Virus genome (UHGV): UHGV-0015805 | Direction: 5' to 3' (one strand) | Length of the DNA stretch: 64,000 nt | From: a virus | Part shown: positions 10,485-19,884 of the stretch, piece after piece | How positions within the stretch are numbered: position 1 is the stretch's first letter | Layout: the number at the start of each line of letters is the position of its first letter | Made by a program: the position numbers and the translations under genes | Notes under the pieces: model-generated | Told to the model about the DNA's origin: nothing | Seen by the model: only the letters and a program-made list of their open reading frames with translations | The model's database searches: none

Positions 10485-11849
10485 TTATTCATTCAAGACC
10501 TTAATATCATATAGCGCGCCGACCTTTTTAACCCAAATCGAATGAGGCATATCAACAGATGCGCTCTCAATTGTCTCTGACCTAATAACATATGGATATG
10601 CCGCTTTTGCAGACCATGCTTTCAGAACAGCATAACTATAAGCCTTTTCTGTTTCGGACTGCGTTGTTGTCGCCATTGTTTTCAGAATAGCAAGTAAATC
10701 ATCGCTCGGATTTTCTTCAAATAAAATATCGCGGCTTGTAACGCTCCATGTACCAGTATCATATGCCAATGTCGAGCCAGCCGATCTAATATATCCAATA
10801 TATTTATGTCCGTCCGCATCGTGCTGAATATTAAGCTTGGTATATTCAACACCGTTTGCTTGAAATTTTATATCCCAATTAAGATTAGTCCCTGGTGCAG
10901 GAAATGTTGGTGTTGCATTCCAAGTCCACTGCAAAGGCGGATGCTTAACAACTTGCTCTTGCCAATAAACTTCTACCTTGTCGCCATTGATATTGGAACA
11001 AGTAACAATCGGTGTTGTATCGCTCGAAACAAATGAATGCCCCCAAATCTGCAATGTCCAATCTTCGGGTAAAACATATCCTTTATTCCATTTGACCCAC
11101 TGATTTGGATATAGCATCAATTCGCCATCTCCAAATTCAAGCGGAACTTTATTTGTTTCGCCCGGAATGCTCGACAGATTGCTTTGAATGCGGATATAGC
11201 CGCCTTTACATACATTTTCCAAAGAGAAATATTTATATGCAGTCGGCTCAGTAAATTGCACAAAAAATGTCTGACTTCCAGTGCTAATCTGTGTCCCATA
11301 CTTTGTCACGCCCAAGCATTCAACAGAATAAGACTGCCCGCTTCTTAACCCAGTAAATTGATAGGTTATTCTGCTTGTATCAGATGCGGCATATTGCGTC
11401 TTACTTGTAGAAATTAACACGCCCGTACTGTCATATAAGTTAAACAGATAAGTTGCCAACGGCTCATTTTGGTCTTGTGCATATTCAACGACCAAATTAA
11501 CTTGGCTTGTTGAAATAGTCGAATCAACAGACAAATTAAATGACGGTGTTGAATAACATCTAAGCAAGACCTTGTTCGATTCTGCCGATTCTTCGCCCGC
11601 AAGATTATATGTCTTGACAGACGCAACATAAACAGTTCCATTGTTCAATGTTCCTGCGGGAATTGTATGGGAATAATCCTGTGTTGTGACCTTTTGAGCA
11701 TAGACTTCTGACAAATCCGATTGTTTCAGAATCGTCAATTTATTAGCCTGTACTTGGTCGCCACCAGCAGGGACAGTAAATTCAATCTCTTGCGCATTGC
11801 TTGCATCAAATGCAACAGGGGCAATCAAATATGGCGTTTGTAATGCCAT
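10485..11849 (-). CDS. baseplate / tail structural protein
   Basis: 454-aa ORF in the tail module with beta-rich composition. Confidence 0.45.
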   Translation of the reverse strand: MALQTPYLIAPVAFDASNAQEIEFTVPAGGDQVQANKLTILKQSDLSEVYAQKVTTQDYSHTIPAGTLNNGTVYVASVKTYNLAGEESAESNKVLLRCYSTPSFNLSVDSTISTSQVNLVVEYAQDQNEPLATYLFNLYDSTGVLISTSKTQYAASDTSRITYQFTGLRSGQSYSVECLGVTKYGTQISTGSQTFFVQFTEPTAYKYFSLENVCKGGYIRIQSNLSSIPGETNKVPLEFGDGELMLYPNQWVKWNKGYVLPEDWTLQIWGHSFVSSDTTPIVTCSNINGDKVEVYWQEQVVKHPPLQWTWNATPTFPAPGTNLNWDIKFQANGVEYTKLNIQHDADGHKYIGYIRSAGSTLAYDTGTWSVTSRDILFEENPSDDLLAILKTMATTTQSETEKAYSYAVLKAWSAKAAYPYVIRSETIESASVDMPHSIWVKKVGALYDIKVLNE

Positions 11850-12316
11850 TAAATCACCCCAATCAAAGCAATTAGGCTACCGCCTGCGCCACTTCCAGTA
11901 GAACCCCAAACATTGAGCCCCCCAGTTTCACCAAGGTCATTAGGTTGATGTCGAACAACATTCACAACGCATTTTACAGATGCCGCGCCCCACTCAGAAG
12001 CAAAGCCTTTTGCTGTATTGCCATTAAAATACATGGGCGCAGTGTTTATGATTGTTCCGTCGGTCGTTTTGACTGTTGCAACAACGCAACTATATTTTAA
12101 TAAATCGGGCGCCGTAAGAACCACGGCACTTCCACCGCCAGCAGCATTATAATATAACCGTTGATTCGGCTTAGCTGGCAACGCCTTGTTTTTGAGTGTA
12201 CTAATATCCTGCGCATTCTTTGTTATTTGTTCCGAAACAGCAGGCGGCACGGTTGGATATAAATTGCTATACGCTCCATCTGTTCTCAGCTTAATTTGTA
12301 CTTCATAATTTGCCAT
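11849..12316 (-). CDS. tail structural protein
   Basis: Likely start MANYEVQ with GAGGGGG RBS. Gly-rich C-terminus. Confidence 0.45.
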   Translation of the reverse strand: MANYEVQIKLRTDGAYSNLYPTVPPAVSEQITKNAQDISTLKNKALPAKPNQRLYYNAAGGGSAVVLTAPDLLKYSCVVATVKTTDGTIINTAPMYFNGNTAKGFASEWGAASVKCVVNVVRHQPNDLGETGGLNVWGSTGSGAGGSLIALIGVI

Positions 12317-12330
12317 ATGTCCGCCCCCTC

Positions 12331-13068
12331 TCAAATAATTCCATAGATTGAATATACAATTGCATATGAAACGCATGTGCTTTGGCTAACTCTTGTTGTT
12401 CTGAAATCAACGCCGGTAGATGTGCGCTTAGCATATGCATAATAGCCCTTTTGACCCTCTTGGTTTGCATAGTTATAAATATATGCACAACCACTATTGT
12501 TATCTGTGTCTAAGTAAATAACCGCATCACCCGCCGATGTTCTTAAAACAATCAGGCTGTAATCGCTAATATTGTCAATTACAGCGCTTCCAACATCTGT
12601 GTTAAGCCCATCCTTAAGCAACACATTTGTCTGAACAGACGGCGTCAAATCAGTCAACTCCGCAATGTCAGCAGTTTGTGCATCAATCTTTGCTTGAACT
12701 TTGGGCGAAATCTTACAATAGCACGGATTCCATTGTGTGCCATCGTGCTCATACAGCTGCACGGATTGAAAATCGTCATTCTGCCAGTTTGTATAAACAA
12801 ATTGCAGGCTTCCTTTTGTTCCCGATGTTGGTACTTGAAACGACGGCTCATCAAGTCTATACTCTGGAAAGTTAATGTCCTCTCGCTCTTCGGCTTCAAC
12901 TATCTTTGTGGCAAGGTCATTAAATACACTTGCATTAACAACCTTGTCATCTAATGCAGTATCAGACAGCATGGCAATTGCCGTATCATAATCAGCGGCA
13001 ATCCATTTCGTTTTAAAATCGTCTTGCGCCTGTTTATTCGTAAAGCTTATATCTTGATATTTTACCAT
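12331..13068 (-). CDS. tail structural protein
   Basis: 245-aa ORF. Confidence 0.45.
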   Translation of the reverse strand: MVKYQDISFTNKQAQDDFKTKWIAADYDTAIAMLSDTALDDKVVNASVFNDLATKIVEAEEREDINFPEYRLDEPSFQVPTSGTKGSLQFVYTNWQNDDFQSVQLYEHDGTQWNPCYCKISPKVQAKIDAQTADIAELTDLTPSVQTNVLLKDGLNTDVGSAVIDNISDYSLIVLRTSAGDAVIYLDTDNNSGCAYIYNYANQEGQKGYYAYAKRTSTGVDFRTTRVSQSTCVSYAIVYSIYGII

Positions 13069-13388
13069 CAGACCTCACCTACAATCTGGAACCAATAATC
13101 GCCCTCTTCTTGCCCAAGAGGCTCTGTTTCAGAACAAATAATTGCAGGCGACCATCTGTCTGCGTAGTATTTTTCAAGCGCAGTCAACGCATCAAGCATA
13201 TCATTTAACAGGCTCGCTGTAATAATCTTTTTGTCATAGTCCGTAATTTGCAGGAGAATGTTTCTTGCTTCTGCAAAATTGCCCGTCTGCATAAGCGCTT
13301 GAAATTGGCTTAGTTTGCTTGCGTCCGCCGCCGTAATGTCTTGCATTGTCGGGAATGTATCAATGTCGTTAGGAAATTTTGTAGCCAT
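13068..13388 (-). CDS. hypothetical tail protein
   Basis: 106-aa ORF, start and stop coupled to neighbours. Confidence 0.4.
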   Translation of the reverse strand: MATKFPNDIDTFPTMQDITAADASKLSQFQALMQTGNFAEARNILLQITDYDKKIITASLLNDMLDALTALEKYYADRWSPAIICSETEPLGQEEGDYWFQIVGEV

Positions 13389-13391
13389 ATA

Positions 13392-14855
13392 TTACACCTC
13401 CTCATAATACGGATAATATGCAATCATTTCAATTTTCATTTCTGAAATCTCGCCATAATCGACCGAAAACGATTTAATCATCCATTGTTTTTCTTCTGTT
13501 TCGTCTCTTAATGCGTGAGAAACAAGAATATTCACATCAAGCCAAGGAATAGGGACTACAGATAACGCAACCGAATCTTTAAGTCTACATTTCCAGTATA
13601 GTTCAAGCTGCGCCCGCTCTTTTGCCAATTCGTCCGAAATGATGTTGTCATAATCGCCACCCGACAACACAACTCGAATAATGCCATTATCATATATATT
13701 AAACGGACTTTGTCTGTTGGTTTCCCGCACTACGGCATGAGCCTGAAGCCCGCCTAAATACAGCCAATACCAGTTGCCCGCAAATTTATGAATATGCATC
13801 ACATGATAGCCCGCTTCAAGTCGCAAAATATTCTCGTCCGCGCCATTGACTATATAGAACTCTCTTGGGTCTTTAGAGTTAGTGACGCTAACCCTAATAC
13901 CACCCCAAACATTGGGCGGCTCAAATGCGGACTCAAGATTAAATGCAATCAATGTATATTCGGGCAATGTAGAATCAGACAATGATGGTATCGTTAGAAC
14001 GATAGTCCCCTCTGATTCTGTTGCAGTTATTTCGGTCGGATAGTTATCGGTCGAATGCGTCTTGCCATACACCTCAATTGTATTCTTGACTTCTTCAAAC
14101 GAAACATCGTTTGATTCGGAAATCAATATATCATCCCACAAATCATCAGTAACCGCAATTGCTTCGTTTGCTCCACTTGGTATTCTGTTGTAATGGAACG
14201 TTCCGTTTACATCAAAATACATTTGATAATTAGGAACAATATCCCGCAACTTTGAAAGCATGTCATATACTGTTCCGCCCTGTTCGACCTGTATATCATA
14301 CGGCACTTCTTGTACGCCACCGAGGTCATTTACACATTCATCTACAATATAGCTTGTAAAGCCGCTCATTTCAAGCAATTGTATAATTGCCCCACGAACA
14401 TCAGAGCCTTGTGGCACAACTGTCGGAATACCCTCAAGATTGCCGTTTCTAAGCCCCGTCATTTTTGCCATAAGGTCAACGCCCTTGAACGACAGCTCAT
14501 TTGTTGATGCATCATACTGCCACGTCGGCTCATTGATTAAGTATATGCCTTGATTATACCACTGTATTTTGCCCGTGTAGGCGTTTTCATAGCCGACATA
14601 TGGTTGTATATACCTATTCAGCCAAATGCCACCCTCTGGCGAAATATCCACTGTATCGTCTGTTATAACCATAGACACATCACAGTTGCGCCTTAAATCG
14701 CTATCGGCATCGACCGAAACCGAACATTTGGTCAAATGCCCCGTAATATCTCTGATAACATTGTAGTCAAAATCAAGCAGGTCAATCCTCAGATATTTAT
14801 TGATATATGGTTGCTTTAAGATATCATAATCTTCGCTCTTAATATCAATCGCCAT
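13392..14855 (-). CDS. tail-tip protein (Tal-like, siphovirus tail endopeptidase-type position)
   Basis: 487 aa, second gene after the tape measure. Size and position typical of Tal. No catalytic motif identified. Confidence 0.4.
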   Translation of the reverse strand: MAIDIKSEDYDILKQPYINKYLRIDLLDFDYNVIRDITGHLTKCSVSVDADSDLRRNCDVSMVITDDTVDISPEGGIWLNRYIQPYVGYENAYTGKIQWYNQGIYLINEPTWQYDASTNELSFKGVDLMAKMTGLRNGNLEGIPTVVPQGSDVRGAIIQLLEMSGFTSYIVDECVNDLGGVQEVPYDIQVEQGGTVYDMLSKLRDIVPNYQMYFDVNGTFHYNRIPSGANEAIAVTDDLWDDILISESNDVSFEEVKNTIEVYGKTHSTDNYPTEITATESEGTIVLTIPSLSDSTLPEYTLIAFNLESAFEPPNVWGGIRVSVTNSKDPREFYIVNGADENILRLEAGYHVMHIHKFAGNWYWLYLGGLQAHAVVRETNRQSPFNIYDNGIIRVVLSGGDYDNIISDELAKERAQLELYWKCRLKDSVALSVVPIPWLDVNILVSHALRDETEEKQWMIKSFSVDYGEISEMKIEMIAYYPYYEEV

Positions 14856-14858
14856 ATA

Positions 14859-15770
14859 TCAGCCCTCCTTTGGAATCAGCCCCGCATCCTGCAAGTCGTC
14901 CTCTGAATTAACGTCCCCAATTTCGGTCCAGCCCGCATCAACTGTAATTGCCCCTCTTCCATAACTGTTATCATATGAAATTGTCGGCGGAGTTGTAATA
15001 ATACACAACCACTCTCTGCCATTGTCATCTTTCAGCACTTTCGGCTTCTTGTTGGTTAAGAATGCCTGCAATGCTTTTTCAGCCTGCGCCACTTTGCGAC
15101 CATCCATATATCTGGTTGCTTCAAAATCAGCAGGCACAACTCTTGTAGATACCGAGCCCGTCTGATAATTGGTCAATGCATTAGATACAACAACGGGATA
15201 TCTTCTGCCATAGGGCGTGAATGTGCCTATCTGCTGATTTGTGTTTGTTTCGCCAAAAGATACGCCGTAATACATGCGAAAAGCGGTCTCAGAATCGCAC
15301 AAAAACACACCTTTGAAATTGGAAAGAATTGTCTCTGTAATTTGCGTTCCTTCTGTACTTCCCGACACAGGAATAAATTGATATTCATACTCAACGCCAT
15401 TTGCGGTCAATGCGTCAATAAATGCTCCGCCAAGTGAGGACGGGTCGTTCTTAATATCAATTACTTTGATTGTAATCCAATCATATGTTCCGACAGGAGC
15501 ACGACGAATAACCATCTTGTCAATATCAAAAATAATCCTCGTAACACTGCCCGCCGAAATATTATCATCGAAATCGCAGTCCATGATTGTATCAACATCC
15601 CATTCAAGCGGAATGTCAAACGACGGCTCTTTATCCACATTCTTGCTTACATGCAGATGTGAAAATGTGCCTGCTTGAATTTTCGTCTTTGTGATGTTGT
15701 TTACATCTGTCGGAATAGGGTCTATACTATTCCCATCGGAGCAAAAATTATACCCCAAAAAAGAAATCAT
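14859..15770 (-). CDS. distal tail protein (Dit-like)
   Basis: 303 aa, immediately upstream of the Tal-like gene. Call is positional. AAAGGAG RBS. Confidence 0.35.
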   Translation of the reverse strand: MISFLGYNFCSDGNSIDPIPTDVNNITKTKIQAGTFSHLHVSKNVDKEPSFDIPLEWDVDTIMDCDFDDNISAGSVTRIIFDIDKMVIRRAPVGTYDWITIKVIDIKNDPSSLGGAFIDALTANGVEYEYQFIPVSGSTEGTQITETILSNFKGVFLCDSETAFRMYYGVSFGETNTNQQIGTFTPYGRRYPVVVSNALTNYQTGSVSTRVVPADFEATRYMDGRKVAQAEKALQAFLTNKKPKVLKDDNGREWLCIITTPPTISYDNSYGRGAITVDAGWTEIGDVNSEDDLQDAGLIPKEG

Positions 15771-15794
15771 TTAATTACTTGCTCCTTTCATAAG

Positions 15795-15824
15795 CCCGAA
15801 CAAAGGGCGAGACTATGCCCGCCC
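15795..15824 (-). terminator. intrinsic terminator after the lysin gene
   Basis: Minus-strand hairpin GGGCGggcauagucuCGCCC followed by UUUGUU. Confidence 0.4.
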
Positions 15825-15843
15825 TCGTTGAGCATTGTATATA

Positions 15844-16725
15844 TTATTTTCTGCCGCCACCAAAGTTCTTCAGCAAATCTGCAAGGTGCTTGACCTTTTT
15901 GGACTGTGCAATCCAGTATTCAGGGCTGTTCATTGCGCCCTGCTCTTTCATGTAATTGCATGCTTCATCAACCGTCTTGGAACGACCAATGCGATAATTA
16001 AATGTATTGTTAATCTGAATAAACAATTCAGGCAACCACTTAACATTATCAAGTTGGTTAATCCAATAGGTCGGAGATGCCATGAAGCCCTTTTCTGCCA
16101 GTTCGAGAACGGCAAGTGCAGCGTCGGCGATATAGCAGATATTACCATCGGTATTAGCCGTAATTCCGTTCGGGCTAACAGGACCTTTCTGCCACATAAT
16201 CATTGCATCATACTGCGGCTTAGCCTCACCGTACTGTGCCACCCACAGCGGATACTTAATGCGCTCGGCATAGAGCTTATTTCTCAAATGGTCGGGATTT
16301 GTATACAGCATAGGCAGATAGCCAGCATCTTCACAGATTTTCATAAATGCATTGCAAGATTCGGTCAGCTGCGTTCTGTTCTGACACAGCAACGCCGTGT
16401 TGTTATAATTTTCACAGTCAAGAGCTACATAAGACACATACTGTGCATACGGCTTAATCGCTTTCAAAAACTGCTTAGCTTCCTGCTTTGCTTCCTGCAC
16501 ATTGAATGCACAAAGAAAATGATAGAAGCCAATAGGCAGATGAGCATTGATACATTTCTGTGCATGCTCGTCCATTTTTCTATCTTTGAAGAAGCTCCCA
16601 TAACCGTTCAAATATCTGCCCTGCGAAGCCTTAATCATACACAGCTTAATTCCGTCCTGCTTCAGTGCATTTGCGTCATAAATAGTCTGATACAACGAAA
16701 CATCAATTGCGTTCATATTTGCCAT
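15844..16725 (-). CDS. GH25 muramidase (endolysin) with C-terminal tandem repeats
   Basis: N-terminus AIDVSLYQTIYDANALKQDGIKLCMIKASQG is the GH25 (Cpl-1-like lysozyme) signature. Two C-terminal repeats, SPTYWINQLDNVKWL and SPEYWIAQSKKVKHL, are likely wall-binding. RBS AACGGAGG. Confidence 0.7.
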   Translation of the reverse strand: MANMNAIDVSLYQTIYDANALKQDGIKLCMIKASQGRYLNGYGSFFKDRKMDEHAQKCINAHLPIGFYHFLCAFNVQEAKQEAKQFLKAIKPYAQYVSYVALDCENYNNTALLCQNRTQLTESCNAFMKICEDAGYLPMLYTNPDHLRNKLYAERIKYPLWVAQYGEAKPQYDAMIMWQKGPVSPNGITANTDGNICYIADAALAVLELAEKGFMASPTYWINQLDNVKWLPELFIQINNTFNYRIGRSKTVDEACNYMKEQGAMNSPEYWIAQSKKVKHLADLLKNFGGGRK

Positions 16726-16746
16726 AACTATTACCTCCGTTTATTC

Positions 16747-16986
16747 TTAAATAAGTATGAATGCTTGCGAAAAATCGCCCTGTGGGACGATTACTTTAAC
16801 AACAGTGCCATCGACAAGGGCTGATGAGTTCCCGCCGTACACGGGCAATTTATATGCCTTGCCGTTGACAGTAATGTTTGTATTCAAAGAGAGGGTCACA
16901 ATTCCATTGAAGATTTGTGTGCATTTTTGCATTTTTCTTTCAATCAGAATTGTAATTGCATCGAATAATTCTTTATACTCGTCCAT
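16747..16986 (-). CDS. hypothetical protein
   Basis: 79-aa ORF between the tape measure and the lysin. Confidence 0.35.
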   Translation of the reverse strand: MDEYKELFDAITILIERKMQKCTQIFNGIVTLSLNTNITVNGKAYKLPVYGGNSSALVDGTVVKVIVPQGDFSQAFILI

Positions 16987-16995
16987 TATACCCGA

Positions 16996-19884
16996 TTATC
17001 CCCTCTCGTAAGCATATTGAAGTGCAAGATTTTTCAGCCCGGTTACAAACTCTCTTGCATTTGTTACATTGGGCAATTCAAGGTTGTTGACATTCACAGT
17101 GGTGTTGCTGGAATTACCAAACTTAAAGCCCATTAAGCCCTTGAGCGCAGATACAAAATCACTCGGAGATGTGCTACCCCATGCAAACAAATTCTTAGTA
17201 ACGCCGCTTGTAAGTATGCCGTCACCACGATTAAGAATGCGCATTTCAGGACCGTTCTCTCCGACAAGGCTCATGCCGCCAGTTGCGCCAAGCGTGCCGT
17301 TTGCATAGCTCGACCACTTGCCTGTTGCGGCATCATAGGTCGAATTATCTTCAAGCAATTTGGCCAGCTCAACATTTGCATTATGCAACGCCTCGCGCTC
17401 GGCAGAGCTTGTAGATGTTGCCCACGCCGCGCTATTAGCTTGCATCTTGTCAAGAATGGTCTGTCTGACCTCTGCTTTTCTGCGAGCTTCAATGTCCGCC
17501 TTGCTTGCCTCTAAGCCTTTATTGCGATTATATTCGTCAAGCTTTGCCTGCGCCGCAGATATTGCATCCGCATCTTGCACATACTGGAATCGACCGTCTT
17601 TATATACAAGCTTTTTCTGCTCTCTTGCCTTAGCCATTTCATCGAGCAGTTTTTCATATTCAATTTGGTCGGACAGGGCATCATTAACTTCTTCAAGCCG
17701 CGACAGTTCAGAATCATACTTTTCGTTGATTTTATCAACGGCGTCCTCGACCGACTTAGTTGATTCTTCGACCAACTCTTGCATGCGCTTCTTTTCATAC
17801 GCATAAATCTTTTCAGAATATTGCCAATATTCTTCTTGATATTTGGACTTGCCCTTAAAGAATTTATCGACCATTTCAGTAAGCTCAGCGTAATACTGCT
17901 CTTCTGTAATTTCGTCCATTGCAAGTTGATGGTCTTTATATGCAAGCCAATCTGTAAATGCTTTTTTGTAGGTGTCTGTGGCGGAAGATGCGGCGCTCGA
18001 ACTGGAACTATATGTTGCGAGCAGTTGTTCCAGCCACGCAATTTCATCTTCGATATTTTTTATGTTCTGTTCTGCAGTGGCTACTAATGCGTCCTGTCGG
18101 GCTGCTTCAGCTTCGGCTTCTTCAGCTGTTGACAAAAGCTGTGTTTGCCCCATTAAACTCTGTCTTGTCCTGAATCTTAGTGCCTCTGCTTTTGCGGCTT
18201 CGGCGTGCGACAATGCCGTTTTCTGCGCCTGTAATTCCTCTTGTTTTTGCAATAGAACAAATTGCGTTAACTCCTTGCTTCCGCGCAACGCCGCCTTGCC
18301 TGCCGATGTCAACGCGCCCGCTTCGTCATAAAGTAGGTCATTAAGCCCAGGCAACGCTTCGTCTAATGCTTCTTGCGTTTCAGATTGCAATCCGCCATAA
18401 GTATTATAGTCCTGAACTGCCTTATTTAATGCATTTTGTGCTTTTGCGAGATTGTCGACATTATCTCGCTGGGCTTTTGTTATTCCTGCATTTTTGCCTG
18501 CTTGGGTGTTAAGGTTTGCAACAGTTTCTCCGAGCGATTGAGCCGCAACATTGGCTCTTTCTAATTTTCCTTCCGCGTTTTCAATCGCCTCGTCATACTG
18601 CCTTATCTCTTCAATAGTAGCGCTAACTTCTTTTGACATGAAGCTCGGGAATATCCCATATCGAAGAACATTCTCATAAAAGCGAATCAAATCGTCCGTG
18701 TCCATTAAAGAAACATCAACATCAAGGTTTTCGCCAAGCCCCGTTATATCAAATCCGAGCGCGTCTCTGTATCGTTTTAGCCTTTCTTGGAGCTCTTGCA
18801 TCTCAGCGCGTAGTTTATCGCCTGCAGATTCGCGAGATGCTTTTGACTCTATTATTTGCCCATAATAAGCCGTTTGCTTTTCTTGCAACGCCGCTTGAAG
18901 CGCCTCTTGCTTCATCGCTTCGATGCGTTTATAAATTGCACCAGTATCTTCTTTGATTTTACCAGTATGTTCGCCAATGCTGAGATTCAAGTCGGGGTAA
19001 ATTTTATTAAGTTGGTCTACGGCGCTTTTATACTTATACGCCTCACTCGTAGACATATTCTCAACCTTGTTAAGGTCTTCAATTACCCCAACCAAATATT
19101 TTGCTTGTTCGGCATTCGCCTTAGCAATATTTGTGGCATCTGTATAAGTGGCGTTAATTGTTTCTATGGACTTATTTATCTTGTTGATTGTGCCGTACTG
19201 CGCATCATAAGCATCTTTAACAAGCCCTATCATAACCGTTAGCGCCGCCATTGCAATGCCAACGACAGGCACAGACGCCTGCAATGCTTTTACGCCAGTT
19301 GTCGCGCCAGCCAAAACAGATGTAAATGCTTTTATCGATTTTATTGCGACTGGAATGACTTGCGCAATAATTCCGCCGAGCCCAGTAAAAACGCCACTCA
19401 GCAAAACAAATTGTGTTAAAGTTCTGCCTGCTTCGGTGTTCAATACTTTTAACGCGCCATTAGCCAAATTAAGCAAAGACTTAACCAATTCGCTATCAAT
19501 GGTTTTGTTTGCAAAATCTTCCCATGTTGCTTTTAATGCAGTTGTTTTTGCTTCAAGCGAATCAAGGACTTTTGCATTTTCTGCTGCGGCCGAACCCGAA
19601 GAATTGTATGCAAGCTCTGTTGCTTTTTGAACGCCCGAAAAGTTAGAAAGCAATGCAGCAAGATTCTGCGATTGCCTTGCTCCTGCCGCCTGTTGCAAGA
19701 AATAAGATTGCTCGTTCTTGCTAAGTGAATCCCACTTGGGGGCAAGGTCGGACATAACATCGTACAGCGACCTTAACTGCCCTGCCTCGTCTTTGACCGC
19801 AATTCCGTGCTTTGTATACCATGCAAGCAGGTTTTTACCTGTGCTTGATGATTCGTCTACAATTTGGTTAAAGCGACTCTGCAC
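16996..19884 (-). CDS. tail tape measure protein, exon 3 (C-terminal bulk; true 5' end at a 3' splice site near 19885-19950)
   Basis: 962-aa ORF, coiled-coil rich, with a TM-like stretch and a C-terminal peptidase-like region. The frame stays open upstream to an in-frame TAG about 19.93 kb. Confidence 0.65.
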   Translation of the reverse strand: MQSRFNQIVDESSSTGKNLLAWYTKHGIAVKDEAGQLRSLYDVMSDLAPKWDSLSKNEQSYFLQQAAGARQSQNLAALLSNFSGVQKATELAYNSSGSAAAENAKVLDSLEAKTTALKATWEDFANKTIDSELVKSLLNLANGALKVLNTEAGRTLTQFVLLSGVFTGLGGIIAQVIPVAIKSIKAFTSVLAGATTGVKALQASVPVVGIAMAALTVMIGLVKDAYDAQYGTINKINKSIETINATYTDATNIAKANAEQAKYLVGVIEDLNKVENMSTSEAYKYKSAVDQLNKIYPDLNLSIGEHTGKIKEDTGAIYKRIEAMKQEALQAALQEKQTAYYGQIIESKASRESAGDKLRAEMQELQERLKRYRDALGFDITGLGENLDVDVSLMDTDDLIRFYENVLRYGIFPSFMSKEVSATIEEIRQYDEAIENAEGKLERANVAAQSLGETVANLNTQAGKNAGITKAQRDNVDNLAKAQNALNKAVQDYNTYGGLQSETQEALDEALPGLNDLLYDEAGALTSAGKAALRGSKELTQFVLLQKQEELQAQKTALSHAEAAKAEALRFRTRQSLMGQTQLLSTAEEAEAEAARQDALVATAEQNIKNIEDEIAWLEQLLATYSSSSSAASSATDTYKKAFTDWLAYKDHQLAMDEITEEQYYAELTEMVDKFFKGKSKYQEEYWQYSEKIYAYEKKRMQELVEESTKSVEDAVDKINEKYDSELSRLEEVNDALSDQIEYEKLLDEMAKAREQKKLVYKDGRFQYVQDADAISAAQAKLDEYNRNKGLEASKADIEARRKAEVRQTILDKMQANSAAWATSTSSAEREALHNANVELAKLLEDNSTYDAATGKWSSYANGTLGATGGMSLVGENGPEMRILNRGDGILTSGVTKNLFAWGSTSPSDFVSALKGLMGFKFGNSSNTTVNVNNLELPNVTNAREFVTGLKNLALQYAYERG

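Noticed and set aside
15844-16824. 329-aa plus ORF overlapping the GH25 lysin, and the idea that the lysin sits in an intron (AUAGUCU in its terminator loop)
   Set aside because: The plus ORF is a shadow of the lysin frame. No R, P or Q elements flank the lysin and it has its own RBS, so the S-like string is coincidental.
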